Positions 31,975 through 42,996 of a stretch of 64,000 bases of DNA are shown piece by piece. This stretch comes from Calditrichia bacterium. Lineage in GTDB: Bacteria; Calditrichota; Calditrichia; JAJRVZ01. A program made the position numbers and the translations under genes. The stretch is from the NCBI GenBank assembly GCA_963796965.1, contig CAWCNS010000004.1, forward strand, positions 992,001 through 1,056,000. Direction: 5' to 3'. The stretch's first letter is position 1; each line of letters begins with the position of its first letter. The notes below the pieces were generated by a model that did not search any database, was not told the origin of the DNA, and worked only from the letters and a program-made list of their open reading frames with translations.

Positions 31975-33540
31975 TTATGACAGCGGACCACAGATATCTT
32001 CCACAATAGAAATCAATTGTCCTGATTGGACAATTGACTTTGCAATATTCATATCTTTATAAATCTGACGATCATCCTTCCAGAAAGGAATTTCAGAGCG
32101 AACCACTTCTAATATAGACCCCGTAACTTTTGACGGATTTAAGGGTGTTCTTAAGTCCAGGGCCTGGCAGGCAGAGAGGAGTTCAATCGTAAGTACAGCT
32201 TCCAGATTATCTACAATTTGAATCGCTTTCCTTGCTGCATGAGTGGCCATACTCACATGATCTTCCTTGTTAGCCGAAGTTGGAATACTATCAACAGAGG
32301 CAGGGTGAGCCAAAACTTTGTTTTCTGATGTGAGTGCCGCGGCGGTAACATGGGCGATCATAAATCCGGAATTTAATCCACCTTCGCGGGTAAGAAATCC
32401 GGGTAGTTGACTAACATTGGGATCCTGCATGTGTTCAATGCGTCTCTCTGAAATACTAGAAAGATCTGTTAAAACAATACTCATCAAGTCACAGGCATAA
32501 CTGATCGGAGCGGCATGAAAGTTTCCACCAGAAATAACATCTCCTTTTTCGCTGAACACAATCGGATTATCTGTAACACTATTAATCTCGCGGGTTATTA
32601 CGCCTTCCACATAATTAATAGCATCCCGGACTGCACCATGGACCTGAGGGATACAGCGCAGACTATACGCATCCTGAACCCGGGGATCATCGGTTTTATG
32701 GGAGTCTACAATTGGGCTTCCGGAAAGAATTTTTCTAATATTGGCAGCAACTGATCGCTGACCGGGATGAGGTCGTATTTTTTGAACGCGGGCTTCAAAT
32801 GGTGTCAATGTCCCGAGTAAAGCCTCCACTGTGATAGCACCAATGATATCAGCGATTTTTAACAGATCTTTTGTCCGCATTAAGGCCCACAAGCCCAGGG
32901 CTGTACTAACCTGTGTACCGTTTAATATAGCCAAACCTTCTTTTGCCCCAAGAACGAGAGGATTTACATCATACAATTTTAGGGCTTTTTTAGCGCTTAT
33001 AAGTTTCCACTTTTCTTGTCCCTTTTTCCCGCTTTGATTTATAAAGGCTTGACCTTCACCCATTAAAACCAGAGCCATGTGAGCTAACGGGGCAAGATCA
33101 CCACTGGCCCCGACTGAGCCTTTCTCAGGAATCGCAGGGGTGATTTGATAATTGAGCAATTTAATCAGTTGTTGGATTACCTCAATCCTGCAGCCGGAAT
33201 ATCCAAGAGATAGGGATTTAATTTTTAATAATAAGACTAATCGTACAATTTCCTGGGGAATAAAATCACCGTAGCCGGCTGCGTGGCTATAGACAAGACG
33301 GTTCTGAAGTTCTGCGACTTTATCTTTATCGATACGAACTTCAGAGAATTTCCCAAACCCGGTGTTCACACCATAGACAGGCTGATCAGATTTAATAATA
33401 TTGCTGATTAATTTCTGTGCTTTCGAAATTTGTGAAGTTGAATCTTGTGAGAGTACTACTTCAATATCTTTATGAATAAAATCATGAATTTGCTCTAAGG
33501 ACAATGTTTCAGAATTGATAATAATAGATTGTACGGCCAT
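31975..33540 (-). CDS. hutH: Histidine ammonia-lyase
   Basis: YGVNTGFG, SVGASGDLAPL (MIO-forming ASG), KEGLAILNG, QDAYSLRC, SGGNFH, EDHVSM. Confidence 0.95.
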   Translation of the reverse strand: MAVQSIIINSETLSLEQIHDFIHKDIEVVLSQDSTSQISKAQKLISNIIKSDQPVYGVNTGFGKFSEVRIDKDKVAELQNRLVYSHAAGYGDFIPQEIVRLVLLLKIKSLSLGYSGCRIEVIQQLIKLLNYQITPAIPEKGSVGASGDLAPLAHMALVLMGEGQAFINQSGKKGQEKWKLISAKKALKLYDVNPLVLGAKEGLAILNGTQVSTALGLWALMRTKDLLKIADIIGAITVEALLGTLTPFEARVQKIRPHPGQRSVAANIRKILSGSPIVDSHKTDDPRVQDAYSLRCIPQVHGAVRDAINYVEGVITREINSVTDNPIVFSEKGDVISGGNFHAAPISYACDLMSIVLTDLSSISERRIEHMQDPNVSQLPGFLTREGGLNSGFMIAHVTAAALTSENKVLAHPASVDSIPTSANKEDHVSMATHAARKAIQIVDNLEAVLTIELLSACQALDLRTPLNPSKVTGSILEVVRSEIPFWKDDRQIYKDMNIAKSIVQSGQLISIVEDICGPLS

Positions 33541-33557
33541 GTTTATTCCTTCTTTAT

Positions 33558-36545
33558 TTATTCAAATTCTGACATAGGTCTGGCAGGTTTCTTGCCCTTG
33601 GTAAACCAATCGTGCAAACCCTGGATGAGATCATTTTTATCTCTAAAGATTGAAGCTTCAACTGGAAGAGAATTGAGAAACTGGGAGCCATATTGCATGC
33701 GACTCAGGCGGTTATCACATACGAGAACGGCACCAAAATCTTCTTTGTGTCGGATCAATCGGCCAAATCCTTGTCGAAATTTAATAATCGCTTCGGGAAC
33801 AGCATAATCCATAAATGGATTTCCTCCGGACTGTTTAATTTTCTCCATTCTTGCCGCAATAAGTGGCTCTGTAGGCACATCAAAAGGTAATTTCGTGATA
33901 AGTAATAGTTCTAATGCTTCACCGGGAACATCAACACCCTCCCAGAAACTATCCGTACCAAATAGAATTGAATTCTGATACTCTCGGAATTGATTAATAA
34001 TATTTGTTCTGCTGCCACTTTTTCCTTGAGCAAGTAATAATATCTTCTCACCCTCAAAGTATTGTTTTAATTGCTGATAGAGGTGATTTAGAGTAGAATA
34101 ACTTGTAAAAAGAGCTAACATACCCGTGGAATGGTTTTTATGAGTTTCTTTGATCATTTCCGCCAATTGGTCAACAAATCTCTCACTCCTGGGATCGTCC
34201 AGATAGTCAGAGACGCCCAGCATAATTTGACTATCATAATCAAAGGGTGAACCAAGTATCGTGGATTGAATTTCCCGGTTTTTAAGGAGATCCAAACCTA
34301 CACGCTGTTTAAAATAGTTAAATGATTCATTGACGGTAAGTGTGGCAGAGGTAAAAATGGCTGTATTTAGATTGTCATACACCTGGTTTTTAAGTAATTC
34401 CGCCACATTTAGTGGTACGGCGTAGAATGTGACATCATTGCTTTCTTTTCTAAAAGGCAGCTCAAGCCAGTATACGTGTTGATCATTTTCGGCTTTCAGA
34501 CAGAATTCAAAGGCTTCAAATAGATTCTCAAGTTCTGATTCAATTGATATAAACTCTCGATGAATCTGATCCTGAAATTGAAAACTATCAGCACGAATAT
34601 CAACAAAAACCTCCAGAATATCGGAAAGACGTTTTCTGGTGTTTTGCAAAGAAATCTTGAGTTCATCAATCAGATTAGATAGATCGTTGAAGGGACGGAA
34701 ATTTTTATGATACCTGATTTTCTTCTCGTCATTTCCATTTTCTCCTGATTTTGCATGTTTCAGGCGGAGAGCCTGGCTGAGCTCATTAAAAAAGCTACGT
34801 GTTGTTCTTTTCAGACCAATACATTCTGTTTTTAGACGTGAGATTCCTTTAAAGAGGGGGCTGGCTATGTGGTCCGGAAGATGGGTCTGGGACATCCGGA
34901 ATTCTAATTGAACCAGGGCTCCGGTTTTGCGGGGCTCTTCTTCATACAATTTATAGTAAGCATTTCGGAAAGACCACCAATTGAATCTTACACCAAGATA
35001 ATCAGCTGCTGTTTTTTCAATGTTGTGGGCTTCATCGATAACAATATTATGGTATTCGCCAAGGATTGAATTATCAGTTACAACATCAGAGAACAACAGG
35101 GAATGATTAACGACAACGATATCGGCTCTTCTGGCATTATTTCTGGCCCGCATTAAAAAGCAATCATTGTAAAATTTACAAGTTCGACCCGGGCAATAAT
35201 TGTTTTCAGCAATCAATTTTGTCCATAATCCAAGGTTTTGATTTAACTGAAAGCCATTATTTTCAGAAATATCTCCGGTTTGGGTTTGTTCTGCCCATAA
35301 GAGGAGAGGTAATATCCTCGTGCGTTCAGCGCCTGTCAGTCGCTGATCCATGTCAATTAATGTCGCTTTCCACTTATCAAGACATAGATAATTGGATTTT
35401 CCTTTTAATAAAACGGCTTTAAATTTTTGATCACTGATGGCATAAACGCTGGGAATATCTTTAAAAAAGAGTTGTTCCTGTAAGTTCTTGGTGTTTGTAC
35501 TAATGACAACACGTTCGCGGTTTGCTCTGTTTGTAACGGCCCATTCTACTGAAGGGAGTAAATAGGCCATGGATTTACCAGTGCCTGTTCCGGCCTCAGC
35601 GACTAAGAAATTGCCGTTAGAGAAAGAATCAGCAACAACCCTGGCCATGGTAACTTGTTGATCCCGTTCCTCGTAATTATCGATTAGTTGTGATAGGGAT
35701 CCTTCATGAGATAAATATTGGACAATTTTCTGGTCATCAACCGGTTGGTTGGCAACTTCCATTTCAATTGGTTCAGCTATGTAGTCAGCTTCACCGATGA
35801 TATTGTAAAACTCCTGGGCATAGGTAATATTTTCAGCAAGGCCGGCCGTTGAAACTTCAATATTTTGTGCAATCTTCGCATCCAATATTGGTTGAAAATA
35901 GTTTTTTACTCTGGCACTTTTACGGTATAGCAGTCTGATAATAGATTTTAAAAGGGGTATATCACAGGCCACTGTCCGGGCAATAAGTTCGAGGAATATC
36001 AAACCGGTTGCCCGCGCATCCTCTGTAGCCCTGTGCGCATTTTCCAGGTTTATTTCAAAATAGTTGGCAACAGCACCTAATTTAAATTTTGGTAAGAAAG
36101 GCAAAAAAATGCGCGAAAGAAATAAGGTGTCAATTCGCAGGTTTGTGAGATATTTGAACTTCTGGGCATCATTTTCCCAATGATCAAAATCCTGGTGTAC
36201 CTGACGAAGATGATATTCCAGAAAGGAGATATCGAAATTTACCTGATGACCAATGAGGGGGGAATGTCCAATAAACGATTGGAGTTCTTCAAATTTATCA
36301 TCTATCTTTGGTGAATCCTTTACCTGATCATCGCTTATCCCGGTCAATTTGGTAATAAAATCGGGGATGGGTCTTTCCGGGTCAATAAGTGTCTCAAATG
36401 TTTCTTTTTCCACACCGTTTACAAATCGAACTGCTCCAATTTCAATGATCTTGTCTTGAGTAGGTTCAAGACCTGTAGTTTCCAGATCAATAACTACAAA
36501 ATCATCGAATTTTATTTGACGCAACAAATCAGCTGATAAAGTCAT
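33558..36545 (-). CDS. dinG: DinG-family helicase with N-terminal DEDDh (DnaQ-like) exonuclease
   Basis: IDLETTG..HRATEDA exonuclease; EAGTGTGKS, Fe-S cysteines (YLC, CPGRTC..C), DEAH, SATL, FWEGVD, QGFGRLIR. Confidence 0.93.
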   Translation of the reverse strand: MTLSADLLRQIKFDDFVVIDLETTGLEPTQDKIIEIGAVRFVNGVEKETFETLIDPERPIPDFITKLTGISDDQVKDSPKIDDKFEELQSFIGHSPLIGHQVNFDISFLEYHLRQVHQDFDHWENDAQKFKYLTNLRIDTLFLSRIFLPFLPKFKLGAVANYFEINLENAHRATEDARATGLIFLELIARTVACDIPLLKSIIRLLYRKSARVKNYFQPILDAKIAQNIEVSTAGLAENITYAQEFYNIIGEADYIAEPIEMEVANQPVDDQKIVQYLSHEGSLSQLIDNYEERDQQVTMARVVADSFSNGNFLVAEAGTGTGKSMAYLLPSVEWAVTNRANRERVVISTNTKNLQEQLFFKDIPSVYAISDQKFKAVLLKGKSNYLCLDKWKATLIDMDQRLTGAERTRILPLLLWAEQTQTGDISENNGFQLNQNLGLWTKLIAENNYCPGRTCKFYNDCFLMRARNNARRADIVVVNHSLLFSDVVTDNSILGEYHNIVIDEAHNIEKTAADYLGVRFNWWSFRNAYYKLYEEEPRKTGALVQLEFRMSQTHLPDHIASPLFKGISRLKTECIGLKRTTRSFFNELSQALRLKHAKSGENGNDEKKIRYHKNFRPFNDLSNLIDELKISLQNTRKRLSDILEVFVDIRADSFQFQDQIHREFISIESELENLFEAFEFCLKAENDQHVYWLELPFRKESNDVTFYAVPLNVAELLKNQVYDNLNTAIFTSATLTVNESFNYFKQRVGLDLLKNREIQSTILGSPFDYDSQIMLGVSDYLDDPRSERFVDQLAEMIKETHKNHSTGMLALFTSYSTLNHLYQQLKQYFEGEKILLLAQGKSGSRTNIINQFREYQNSILFGTDSFWEGVDVPGEALELLLITKLPFDVPTEPLIAARMEKIKQSGGNPFMDYAVPEAIIKFRQGFGRLIRHKEDFGAVLVCDNRLSRMQYGSQFLNSLPVEASIFRDKNDLIQGLHDWFTKGKKPARPMSEFE

Positions 36546-36646
36546 ATTGGTTTCCTGTGATTATTTGAATTTAACAAAAAGGATTGATTCACTGCAATTG
36601 AAAAGGTAGGTATTCAATGATAGGTTTAAAAAAGAATGACAAATTA

Positions 36647-36672
36647 TAGAGGCGCTCAGTTGAGCGCCTCTA
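36647..36672 (-). terminator. Hairpin, probable terminator of the POT transporter gene
   Basis: TAGAGGCGCTCA-GT-TGAGCGCCTCTA perfect stem, followed on the minus strand by U-rich sequence. Confidence 0.65.
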
Positions 36673-36702
36673 CTACCGTGGTGATGTAAAAACACATATT
36701 AT

Positions 36703-38351
36703 CTAATGGCTGCCCGTATGTTCCAGAACAACGCGCCGAAGCCATTTTACCATCAGCCAAATGGCGATGGCACCTACCATGGCGCCGGCAAAATTAATCA
36801 GGAAGAAATATTCTTTAAGGGCAATAGTATCCCACAATCCGGCAATTACACCCGACATTTTGTTTCCGATCGATGTTGCGAGGAACCAGCCACCCATCAT
36901 TAAGGCCGTTAGTCTTGGTGGGCTCAGCTTTGATACCAGGGAGAGCCCCATCGGACTTAGAAAAAGTTCTCCAATAGTAATGACAGCATAGTCCGCCGAT
37001 CAGCCAGGCAGGCGAACTTTTCTCGAGACCGTTCTGAGAGGCAAACACAGCTGCAACCATGATGAGGGTTGAGGCGGCGGTAATAAACATACCCCAACCA
37101 ATTTTAGCCGGTGTCGACGGCTCCTTCTTTTTTCGTCTCAGAAATGCAAAAAAGGCAACAACCAGGGGTGTTAATATCACCACAAAACCAGGATTAACGG
37201 ATTGAAAAATTTCTGTAGATATGAGACGTAAAGTGACAGTCTCTTCTGAATTTTTCCATTCTGACTCATCAAGATTATTAAAATAGGGATGTGGTCCTAC
37301 ATCGGTTATGGCAAGGCCCTTTTCGTCAACCATCGGTATGCCATGGGCATCCAGTTTCGGCACATCGCGTGGACTGGTATCTACAATCTGTACCATACCA
37401 AATGTCTTAGCCACCGGTTCAACAACAGCAGGCATACTACGGTCGGTATAGCTCTCTGCCCAAATTGTGAGAGCTGTTGCATTCTGATGAAAGATAGCCC
37501 AAAAAATGACCACGACAGCAAAAATAGAAAGAAGGGCGGCAATTGGGGCTTTATCCTCCTTAGATCCCCGAAACCATAAGGATAAATAAAATAATGTGAC
37601 CGGTATACTTGCAAAAATGAAAGCATCAGTTGAATCTGAACCAAAAATATTGTCAGGAATAAACCATCCAATTGCACCAAATACCAGGAGTGGTCCAAAA
37701 ACAGTTGCGAATATTTTTGAGAGTGGCATATCCTCTGGATTAGTCGGTTTTAATACATCGGCTTCCCTTACATTTTTCTGCCCACTCATAAACCAGATGA
37801 TCCCAAATATCATTCCAATTCCTGCAGCGGCAAATGCATATCCCCAACCATAATAATTTCTTAGATAAGCAGCTGACGAAATTACAAACAAATGCACCGA
37901 TATTTATGCCCATATAAAAAATGTTATAGCCGGCATCTTTAAAATTTTTATACTTTTCTTCGCCATACAAATTCCCCACTAATGTGGATATATTAGGTTT
38001 GAAAAATCCATTTCCCATGATAACAAGAAATAAGGATATCCAAAATGCATTTTCTCCCGGAATAGCCAATCCAATATAACCTATGGCCATCAATGATCCA
38101 CCGAGTACAATAGAATTGCGATAACCCAGGACACGATCTGCAAGTAACCCACCTAGAAATGGTGTCAAATAGACAAGGGCAAGGTAAGTACCTAAAATAT
38201 CTGATGCTTTAGCCCGTCCAAAACTCATGCCACCACTGGAGGTATCGGTCATATACAGGAAAAAGATTCCAAGCATAAGATAATACCCAAACCGTTCCCA
38301 CATCTCAGTGAAAAATAACGTCATTAATCCTTTTGGATGATTTTTTAACAT
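36703..38351 (-). CDS. POT/PTR-family proton-dependent peptide transporter (frameshifted in assembly)
   Basis: HPKGL..FFTEMWERFGYY (ExxER), GGLLADR, GNGFFKPNIS, FYMGINIG, FQSVNP, SPMGLSLVSKL, in three frames. Confidence 0.9.
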
Positions 38352-38470
38352 ACCATCTCCTCAACAGGTTACACGTGTCATTGTCAATTGATTTAAAGCG
38401 CTAATGGTACTTATTTTTTAAGAGGAAATCAACCAATTTATAGTATCTTTCAGTTAATCAGTCAAAATGT

Positions 38471-38540
38471 TCCACATGCAAAGACGCTGTCAAAGAGTCC
38501 TCCCATATATTTCTCTGCGGTGTTGCGTCGCTGCGTGAGA
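38471..38540. repeat. Degenerate copy of 'CGCAGAGACGCAAAG' inverted-repeat family
   Basis: GCAAAGACGC ... TTCTCTGCGGTGTTGCGTCGCTGCGTGAGA matches the right arm at 62928-62956. Confidence 0.6.
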
Positions 38541-38577
38541 CAACCATATTAAAGAAGATGTTTGTGGAATAGGCAGA

Positions 38578-40296
38578 TTATACGGGCAGGATTTTTTCCT
38601 TCAATAGACCGGTAAAGTTTTCAGCAGGAATGGGTTTACTGAAGTAATATCCCTGGATCTCATCACATTTGTACTCTTTAAGGAAATTTAACTGATCCTC
38701 AGTTTCTACACCTTCAGCAATTACGCGAACACCGAGGCTATGGGCCATTGAGATAATGGATGTTGCCAATGAGGCTGCAGCTTTATCAGTCGTAATATCG
38801 CGTATGAAGGATTGATCGATTTTTAATTTATCAAAGGGGAAATTTGATAAATATGAAAGAGACGAATATCCCGTTCCAAAATCATCAATGGATACTTTTG
38901 TTCCCTGTTTGCGAAGTTTCGCGAGTTTCTTTGAATTTTTTTGTGAATTATTAATCAGGATACTTTCAGTGAGTTCAATTTCTATTAAATTATTTTCAAT
39001 ATTCGATTTTTCTAATATGGTTGAAATTGTTTTAACAAAATTTTTCTGCTCTAACTGTCTGGCAGAAATGTTAACAGTGACAGGAGAAGGATCAAGTCCC
39101 TGATGTTTCCACTCATTTAGCTGGTTGCATATGGTTTCTAACACCCATTCTCCAATGGGGACAATCAAACCGTTTTCCTCGGCCATTGGAACAAATTGTG
39201 ATGGTGAAAGTAAACCATAATCAGAGTTCTCCCAACGAATAAGAGCCTCGGACCCGATGATATCTTTATTTATTGAATCAATTTTTGGTTGATAATAAAT
39301 TGTGAATTCGTTTTTCTCAAGTGCTTTATGAAGAGCATTTTCAATATTTATCTGATCATAGGCATTCTTTTTAAGATCTTCTTCGAAAAAATGATAGGTA
39401 TTAAAACCACCCTCAAGAGCTGAATGAAGAGCCAATTCTGCGTCCTGAATCAATACATCCTTTTCGACTACATCATTCATTAAATAGGCAATGCCAATAC
39501 AAGCGCTGCAGTTTAGTTCTCTATTGTTCAGCTCAACTGGCTTGCGAATATGAACCAGAATATTTTCTACGGTTTTAATTAAAGCATTTTTTTGTTTTAA
39601 TTCAGAGAGTAGTACACCTAGATCACCATCATCCAGGGCATAAACTTTGTTCCCCTGACCACATACAGTCTCAATCCGGTTAATTAGTTCTTTTATAAGA
39701 GGAATGGCAACCTTTTTACCAAATATATCAGTAATATTTCTAAACCGGTTAAACTTGATGATTAGCAGAGCAATAAGTTTCTGGGGGGTGGAGATATTTT
39801 CTAACTGTTTAAGATCTCTTTCAAGTACATTACGTTTGGGTAATCCTGTGAAGGTATCATAGTTCTTTGTAATCTCAAGGTCATAACGTGTTTGTTCAAT
39901 CTCATCCTTATAGTGACGGGTAATTTGGTGGTATTTTTCGAGCCTGGTTCGTACAGCAGCAATCAGATCTTCGGAAGACACAGGTTTGGTTAGATAATCA
40001 TCAGCCCCCATTAACATGCCTTTGCGGAGATCTTTCATATCACTTTTAGCCGTCAGGAAAATAAATGGAATCGTATGGGTTGTTGGATTGTTTCTGATAG
40101 AAGTCAATACATCATAGCCGGTAATATCTGGCATGGAAATATCACATAGAATAAGATCTGGATTAAATTCTTCAGCAGCTACTATGCCTTTTCTGCCATT
40201 AGTCTCTGTCTTCGTATCATAGCCATGAATGTTTAGAATCTCGCCGATTAGTTCAACGATATCAAAATCATTATCTATGACTAGAATTTTATTCAT
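38578..40296 (-). CDS. REC - degenerate GGDEF - EAL protein (probable c-di-GMP phosphodiesterase)
   Basis: MNKILVIDND..PDLILCDISMP..FLTA..DYLTKP; YDTFTGLPKR with DDGDL in place of GGDEF; EALIRW, IDDFGTGYSSL, EGVET, QGYYFSKP. Confidence 0.93.
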   Translation of the reverse strand: MNKILVIDNDFDIVELIGEILNIHGYDTKTETNGRKGIVAAEEFNPDLILCDISMPDITGYDVLTSIRNNPTTHTIPFIFLTAKSDMKDLRKGMLMGADDYLTKPVSSEDLIAAVRTRLEKYHQITRHYKDEIEQTRYDLEITKNYDTFTGLPKRNVLERDLKQLENISTPQKLIALLIIKFNRFRNITDIFGKKVAIPLIKELINRIETVCGQGNKVYALDDGDLGVLLSELKQKNALIKTVENILVHIRKPVELNNRELNCSACIGIAYLMNDVVEKDVLIQDAELALHSALEGGFNTYHFFEEDLKKNAYDQINIENALHKALEKNEFTIYYQPKIDSINKDIIGSEALIRWENSDYGLLSPSQFVPMAEENGLIVPIGEWVLETICNQLNEWKHQGLDPSPVTVNISARQLEQKNFVKTISTILEKSNIENNLIEIELTESILINNSQKNSKKLAKLRKQGTKVSIDDFGTGYSSLSYLSNFPFDKLKIDQSFIRDITTDKAAASLATSIISMAHSLGVRVIAEGVETEDQLNFLKEYKCDEIQGYYFSKPIPAENFTGLLKEKILPV

Positions 40297-40350
40297 GATG
40301 AACGCGGCGAGCCCCTTATACAATAAAAATTGATTTACAGATATATCAAT

Positions 40351-40377
40351 TATTCGTCACTAATAGCATAAACTTTA
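40351..40377 (-). promoter_or_regulatory. Putative sigma28-type promoter for the EAL gene
   Basis: Minus strand TAAAGTTT-N11-GACGAATA (perfect -35), about 55 bp before ATG 40296. Confidence 0.6.
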
Positions 40378-40450
40378 TGGGTGAGATTTAAATAAAGAAG
40401 ATATTTGAGGATAAGGGATAAAAATTAAAGGATTGACACTATTGTGACCT

Positions 40451-40486
40451 ATATCCAACGCAGACCTTAAGACCTGCGTTGGATAT
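40451..40486 (-). terminator. Hairpin directly downstream of cinA
   Basis: ATATCCAACGCAG-N10-CTGCGTTGGATAT, a 13-bp perfect stem; no strong U tract. Confidence 0.5.
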
Positions 40487-40495
40487 TGGCTCCAA

Positions 40496-41743
40496 TCATA
40501 ATATATTCAATATTAAGCGTCGAAGAGACTCAATACCGGCCATGGCTCCCCGCTCTTTGTTGATAAGTCTGTCTTTGCCAAATCTTAATTTTTTTACACT
40601 AAGTTTTTCATTATAAACGGCTGCTATATAGCAAAGACCAACTGGTTTTTCGTCTGAGCCACCACCCGGACCAGCAATTCCGGTACTGGCAATGGCACAA
40701 TTTGCATTAAACTTTCTTTGTACTCCCATGACCATCTCTTTAACGGTTTGTTCACTTACTGCGCCAAAATCATTTAGCGTGCTTTGTTTTACACCAAGTC
40801 CGCTAACTTTTGCATCATTACTATAGGCAATCATTGTGCCTAAAAAATAAGCTGAACTACCTGCAATATTTGTAATCCAGTCAGATATTAATCCACCGGT
40901 AAAACTCTCAGCAATAGCCAGAGAGAGATTTCTTTCTGATAACAGATGGCCGATTATTTCTGGTAAATCAGTTTCTGTATCTGTATATATATATTTTTCT
41001 ACGATGGGTTTGATTTCTTTAAGAAAATTAAGAGCACGTTCATGCACTTCAATAGGTTGGATGGGAATCTTTAATTTAAGATCAACACCAATTATCTTTG
41101 GAAGAAATGAGATTGGAATATCGTCATATTTTAATAACGTTTTTTCTAATATCTCGAAGAGTCTGGATTCAGCGATACCCGTGGTGCGTAGAATGAATTT
41201 ATCCAGGGAAGGTAAAGAATGTTTTTTCTTGATCAATTCTTCAATATGATTCTCCATCATTCTTTTCATCTCCCGGGGTACACCAGGCATAAAGAAGTAA
41301 CTATTTTTTTCCGTTTCAAATGCAAGGCCAGGTGCCGTACCAATTGGATTAAACATAAGATGTGCTGCATCAGGCACAAGAGCCTGGTTACGGTTTATCT
41401 CAGGCATTTCCAAGTGACGACTCTCGAACAGTTTAAGAACATGATCTAGAGTCTTTTCATCCATTATGAGAGGGGAATCAAAGAATTTGCTGATTGTTTT
41501 TTTTGTAATATCATCAGGTGTCGGTCCAAGCCCGCCGGTACATACAATAACTTCAGCTCTTTCAGAGGCTGTCTTTAGAGCCTTTATAATTTCACTTTCT
41601 GTATCTGCAATAGTAGTCATCCATCCAACGGGAAGCCCCAGACCATGTAAATATTCTGCAATCCAGTGTGTATTGGTGTTTACTGTCCACCCGGATAAGA
41701 TCTCATTGCCGATGCTAATAATTTCTGCTTTGATCGGGTTCAA
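40496..41743 (-). CDS. cinA: Competence/damage-inducible protein CinA (MoCF-like + NMN deamidase PncC domain)
   Basis: IGNEILSG..NTN, TGGLGPTPDDIT, MPGVPREM, AESFTGG, GAVS, TGIAGPGGG..KPVG. Confidence 0.95.
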   Translation of the reverse strand: MNPIKAEIISIGNEILSGWTVNTNTHWIAEYLHGLGLPVGWMTTIADTESEIIKALKTASERAEVIVCTGGLGPTPDDITKKTISKFFDSPLIMDEKTLDHVLKLFESRHLEMPEINRNQALVPDAAHLMFNPIGTAPGLAFETEKNSYFFMPGVPREMKRMMENHIEELIKKKHSLPSLDKFILRTTGIAESRLFEILEKTLLKYDDIPISFLPKIIGVDLKLKIPIQPIEVHERALNFLKEIKPIVEKYIYTDTETDLPEIIGHLLSERNLSLAIAESFTGGLISDWITNIAGSSAYFLGTMIAYSNDAKVSGLGVKQSTLNDFGAVSEQTVKEMVMGVQRKFNANCAIASTGIAGPGGGSDEKPVGLCYIAAVYNEKLSVKKLRFGKDRLINKERGAMAGIESLRRLILNIL

Positions 41744-41793
41744 TTTTTTTCCTTTCCATGAAGGCTTTGCGCATGGGGCAGAGCGTAACCCTA

Positions 41794-42240
41794 TTATAAA
41801 ACAAATCCATATATTATTTGTAATAGGAAATTTGCATATAATCCGGCGACTACATCATCAAGCATAATACCACTACCGCCTCTGATTTTTTCCATTCTAT
41901 TTGCAGGGTAGAGTTTAATAATATCCAGAAAGCGAAAAAGAATAAACGCAGCCACAAAAACAATGAATGTCCTCGGCAAAAATAATAAAGCAATCCATTG
42001 GCCGACAAACTCATCAATTACAACAATTTTGGGATCTTTTCCTTTATCATTCTCCACAAATGTTGCAACCCGGATCCCGATGAAGAATGTGATCGTTGAA
42101 ATGATCAGCCAGTACCATGAATTCAGGGGAATTAATATATAAAGTATTAGGGCTAATAGACTCCCTGTCGTTCCCGGTATGAGCGGAGAATAACCGCTGC
42201 CAAATCCAGTAGCTAATACATATTTAATTTTATTTTTCAT
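41794..42240 (-). CDS. pgpA: Phosphatidylglycerophosphatase A
   Basis: GFGSG..PGTTGS, DPKIVVIDEFVG, FRFLDI.K, GIMLDDVVAG. Confidence 0.94.
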   Translation of the reverse strand: MKNKIKYVLATGFGSGYSPLIPGTTGSLLALILYILIPLNSWYWLIISTITFFIGIRVATFVENDKGKDPKIVVIDEFVGQWIALLFLPRTFIVFVAAFILFRFLDIIKLYPANRMEKIRGGSGIMLDDVVAGLYANFLLQIIYGFVL

Positions 42241-42261
42241 GAAGAGAAGGTATAATAATTA

Positions 42262-42867
42262 TTACCGATAGAGTAATTTAACAGTTTTCTTCGCTAATTC
42301 GACCACATGTCTGCGGTTTTCAATAAGGTATTGCAGGCCAGAAGTTACGGTGACAATAGTAACAATAAGGTAGATGATCGTAACCCAGTGATCGTAACCC
42401 GGTGGATAGGTTGTTAGAGTATATATGCTGGCATCAGGAAAATTCAGATATATGAGAAGTACAAAGACTGCAAGCATTTGGAGAAAGGTCTTCCATTTGG
42501 CTAATTGACTTGTAACAATAGATTTGCCGTTTTTTAAAGCAAACATTCTGAGAAAGGTAATGACAAAATCCCTTGCTACAATGACAATTACCATCCAATA
42601 ATAAACATAACCCAGATGAGCAAATACGAATAAAGCCGAGGAAATAAGAATTTTATCGGCCAGGGGATCCATAAATTGGCCCCAACGGGTAATAACATTG
42701 AACTTGCGTGCTATATAGCCATCATACCAGTCTGTTGCCGCTGCAAAGGTGAAAATAAAGGTGCCAATCAATTTAGAATTAAAGGTATCCTGAATAAAAA
42801 AGTAGATAAAAATCGGAGTTAGGATAATTCTTAATATGGTTAGTTGATTGGGTATGGTTAAATTCAT
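42262..42867 (-). CDS. pgsA: CDP-diacylglycerol--glycerol-3-phosphate 3-phosphatidyltransferase
   Basis: PNQLTILRI, TDWYDGYIAR..G..MDPLADK, KWKTFLQ. Confidence 0.94.
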   Translation of the reverse strand: MNLTIPNQLTILRIILTPIFIYFFIQDTFNSKLIGTFIFTFAAATDWYDGYIARKFNVITRWGQFMDPLADKILISSALFVFAHLGYVYYWMVIVIVARDFVITFLRMFALKNGKSIVTSQLAKWKTFLQMLAVFVLLIYLNFPDASIYTLTTYPPGYDHWVTIIYLIVTIVTVTSGLQYLIENRRHVVELAKKTVKLLYR

Positions 42868-42996
42868 TTATTATATGTTGGGTGAGAACAAAATTAAATT
42901 ATCGAAATATATCATTTATACCTTACAAACCCTTGAAGCATTTAAAAGATGCTTTACAGAAATGTGGAATCGCGATAGTTCCTGTGCTCAGTAGAA

